A stretch of DNA of 64,000 nucleotides from an uncultured Gemmatimonadota bacterium (GTDB lineage Bacteria > ARS69): NCBI GenBank assembly GCA_964571855.1, contig CAZNDO010000016.1, positions 4,601 through 68,600 of the forward strand, read 5' to 3'. The notes under the pieces are model-generated. The model made no database searches, was not told the DNA's origin, and worked only from the letters and a program-made list of their open reading frames with translations. This document shows, in pieces, positions 63,947 to 64,000 of the stretch (positions are counted from its first letter, which is position 1; the number at the start of each line of letters is the position of its first letter). A program made the position numbers and the translations under genes.

Positions 63947-64000
63947 ATCGCGAGGAGCAGGCCGCCCAGCGCCAGCACCAGCCCGCCGATCACGAGCAGC
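63944..64000 (-). CDS. Partial 3' end of a membrane-protein gene continuing beyond the window.
   Basis: The reverse complement reads ...LLVIGGLVLALGGLLLAI*, with the stop sharing the CTAG with the BNR gene stop. Confidence 0.3.

Overview
This is a high-GC (~70%) bacterial chromosomal segment that looks like core genome. Gene content suggests a Gemmatimonadota-like diderm, but that is a guess from content alone. Long spurious ORFs appear on every strand because of the GC content, so genes were called from recognisable protein motifs, signal peptides, RBSs and stop/start coupling rather than ORF length.

Main blocks:
- An outer-membrane porin, an FMN-binding protein and a small membrane protein at the 5' end.
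- A MrfA/YprA-type DEAD-box helicase (DUF1998 Cys cluster) translationally coupled to a DEDDh exonuclease, plus an unknown gene.
- Convergent pirin and LOG genes.
- A small His/Cys protein followed by one 1136-codon reading frame joining an RluA-type pseudouridine synthase to a transketolase-family protein with no stop between them, then pcm and guaB.
- An isolated Cys-rich secreted protein next to a 750-bp gene-free region carrying a promoter-like element and a perfect palindromic terminator (candidate sRNA).
- An esterase, an unknown protein, and a C-N hydrolase.
- An 880-bp gene-free region packed with long inverted repeats, including ~100-bp arms that abut the cdaA stop codon.
- The conserved tilS-hpt-ftsH-folP-cdaA run, with a tRNA(CAU) beside tilS.
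- An envelope cluster of lipoproteins and outer-membrane proteins.
- trpF-aroC-pepP-membrane protein.
- Two unusual response regulators: a pseudo-receiver-GAF-HD-GYP protein and a receiver-STAS protein.
- A HEAT-repeat/cyclophilin fusion, a TlpA-like lipoprotein and IscS.
- A glycosylation cluster: prenyltransferase-repeat protein, DUF302, a GT87-like membrane protein, and two GT2 glycosyltransferases.
- A thiol-stress-style module: ECF sigma factor, ZAS anti-sigma factor and trxA with a strong terminator.
- A large secreted protein, a TlpA-like protein, a histidine kinase and an NtrC-type activator, followed by a good -24/-12 sigma-54 promoter driving a helical repeat protein, a small protein and an outer-membrane barrel.
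- An OmpW-like protein; a histidine kinase/OmpR pair preceded by a 19-bp inverted repeat; an M48 peptidase; a PDZ protein; and a BNR-repeat lipoprotein.

No transposase, integrase or CRISPR array was seen. Coordinates of non-CDS elements may be off by 1-2 nt.
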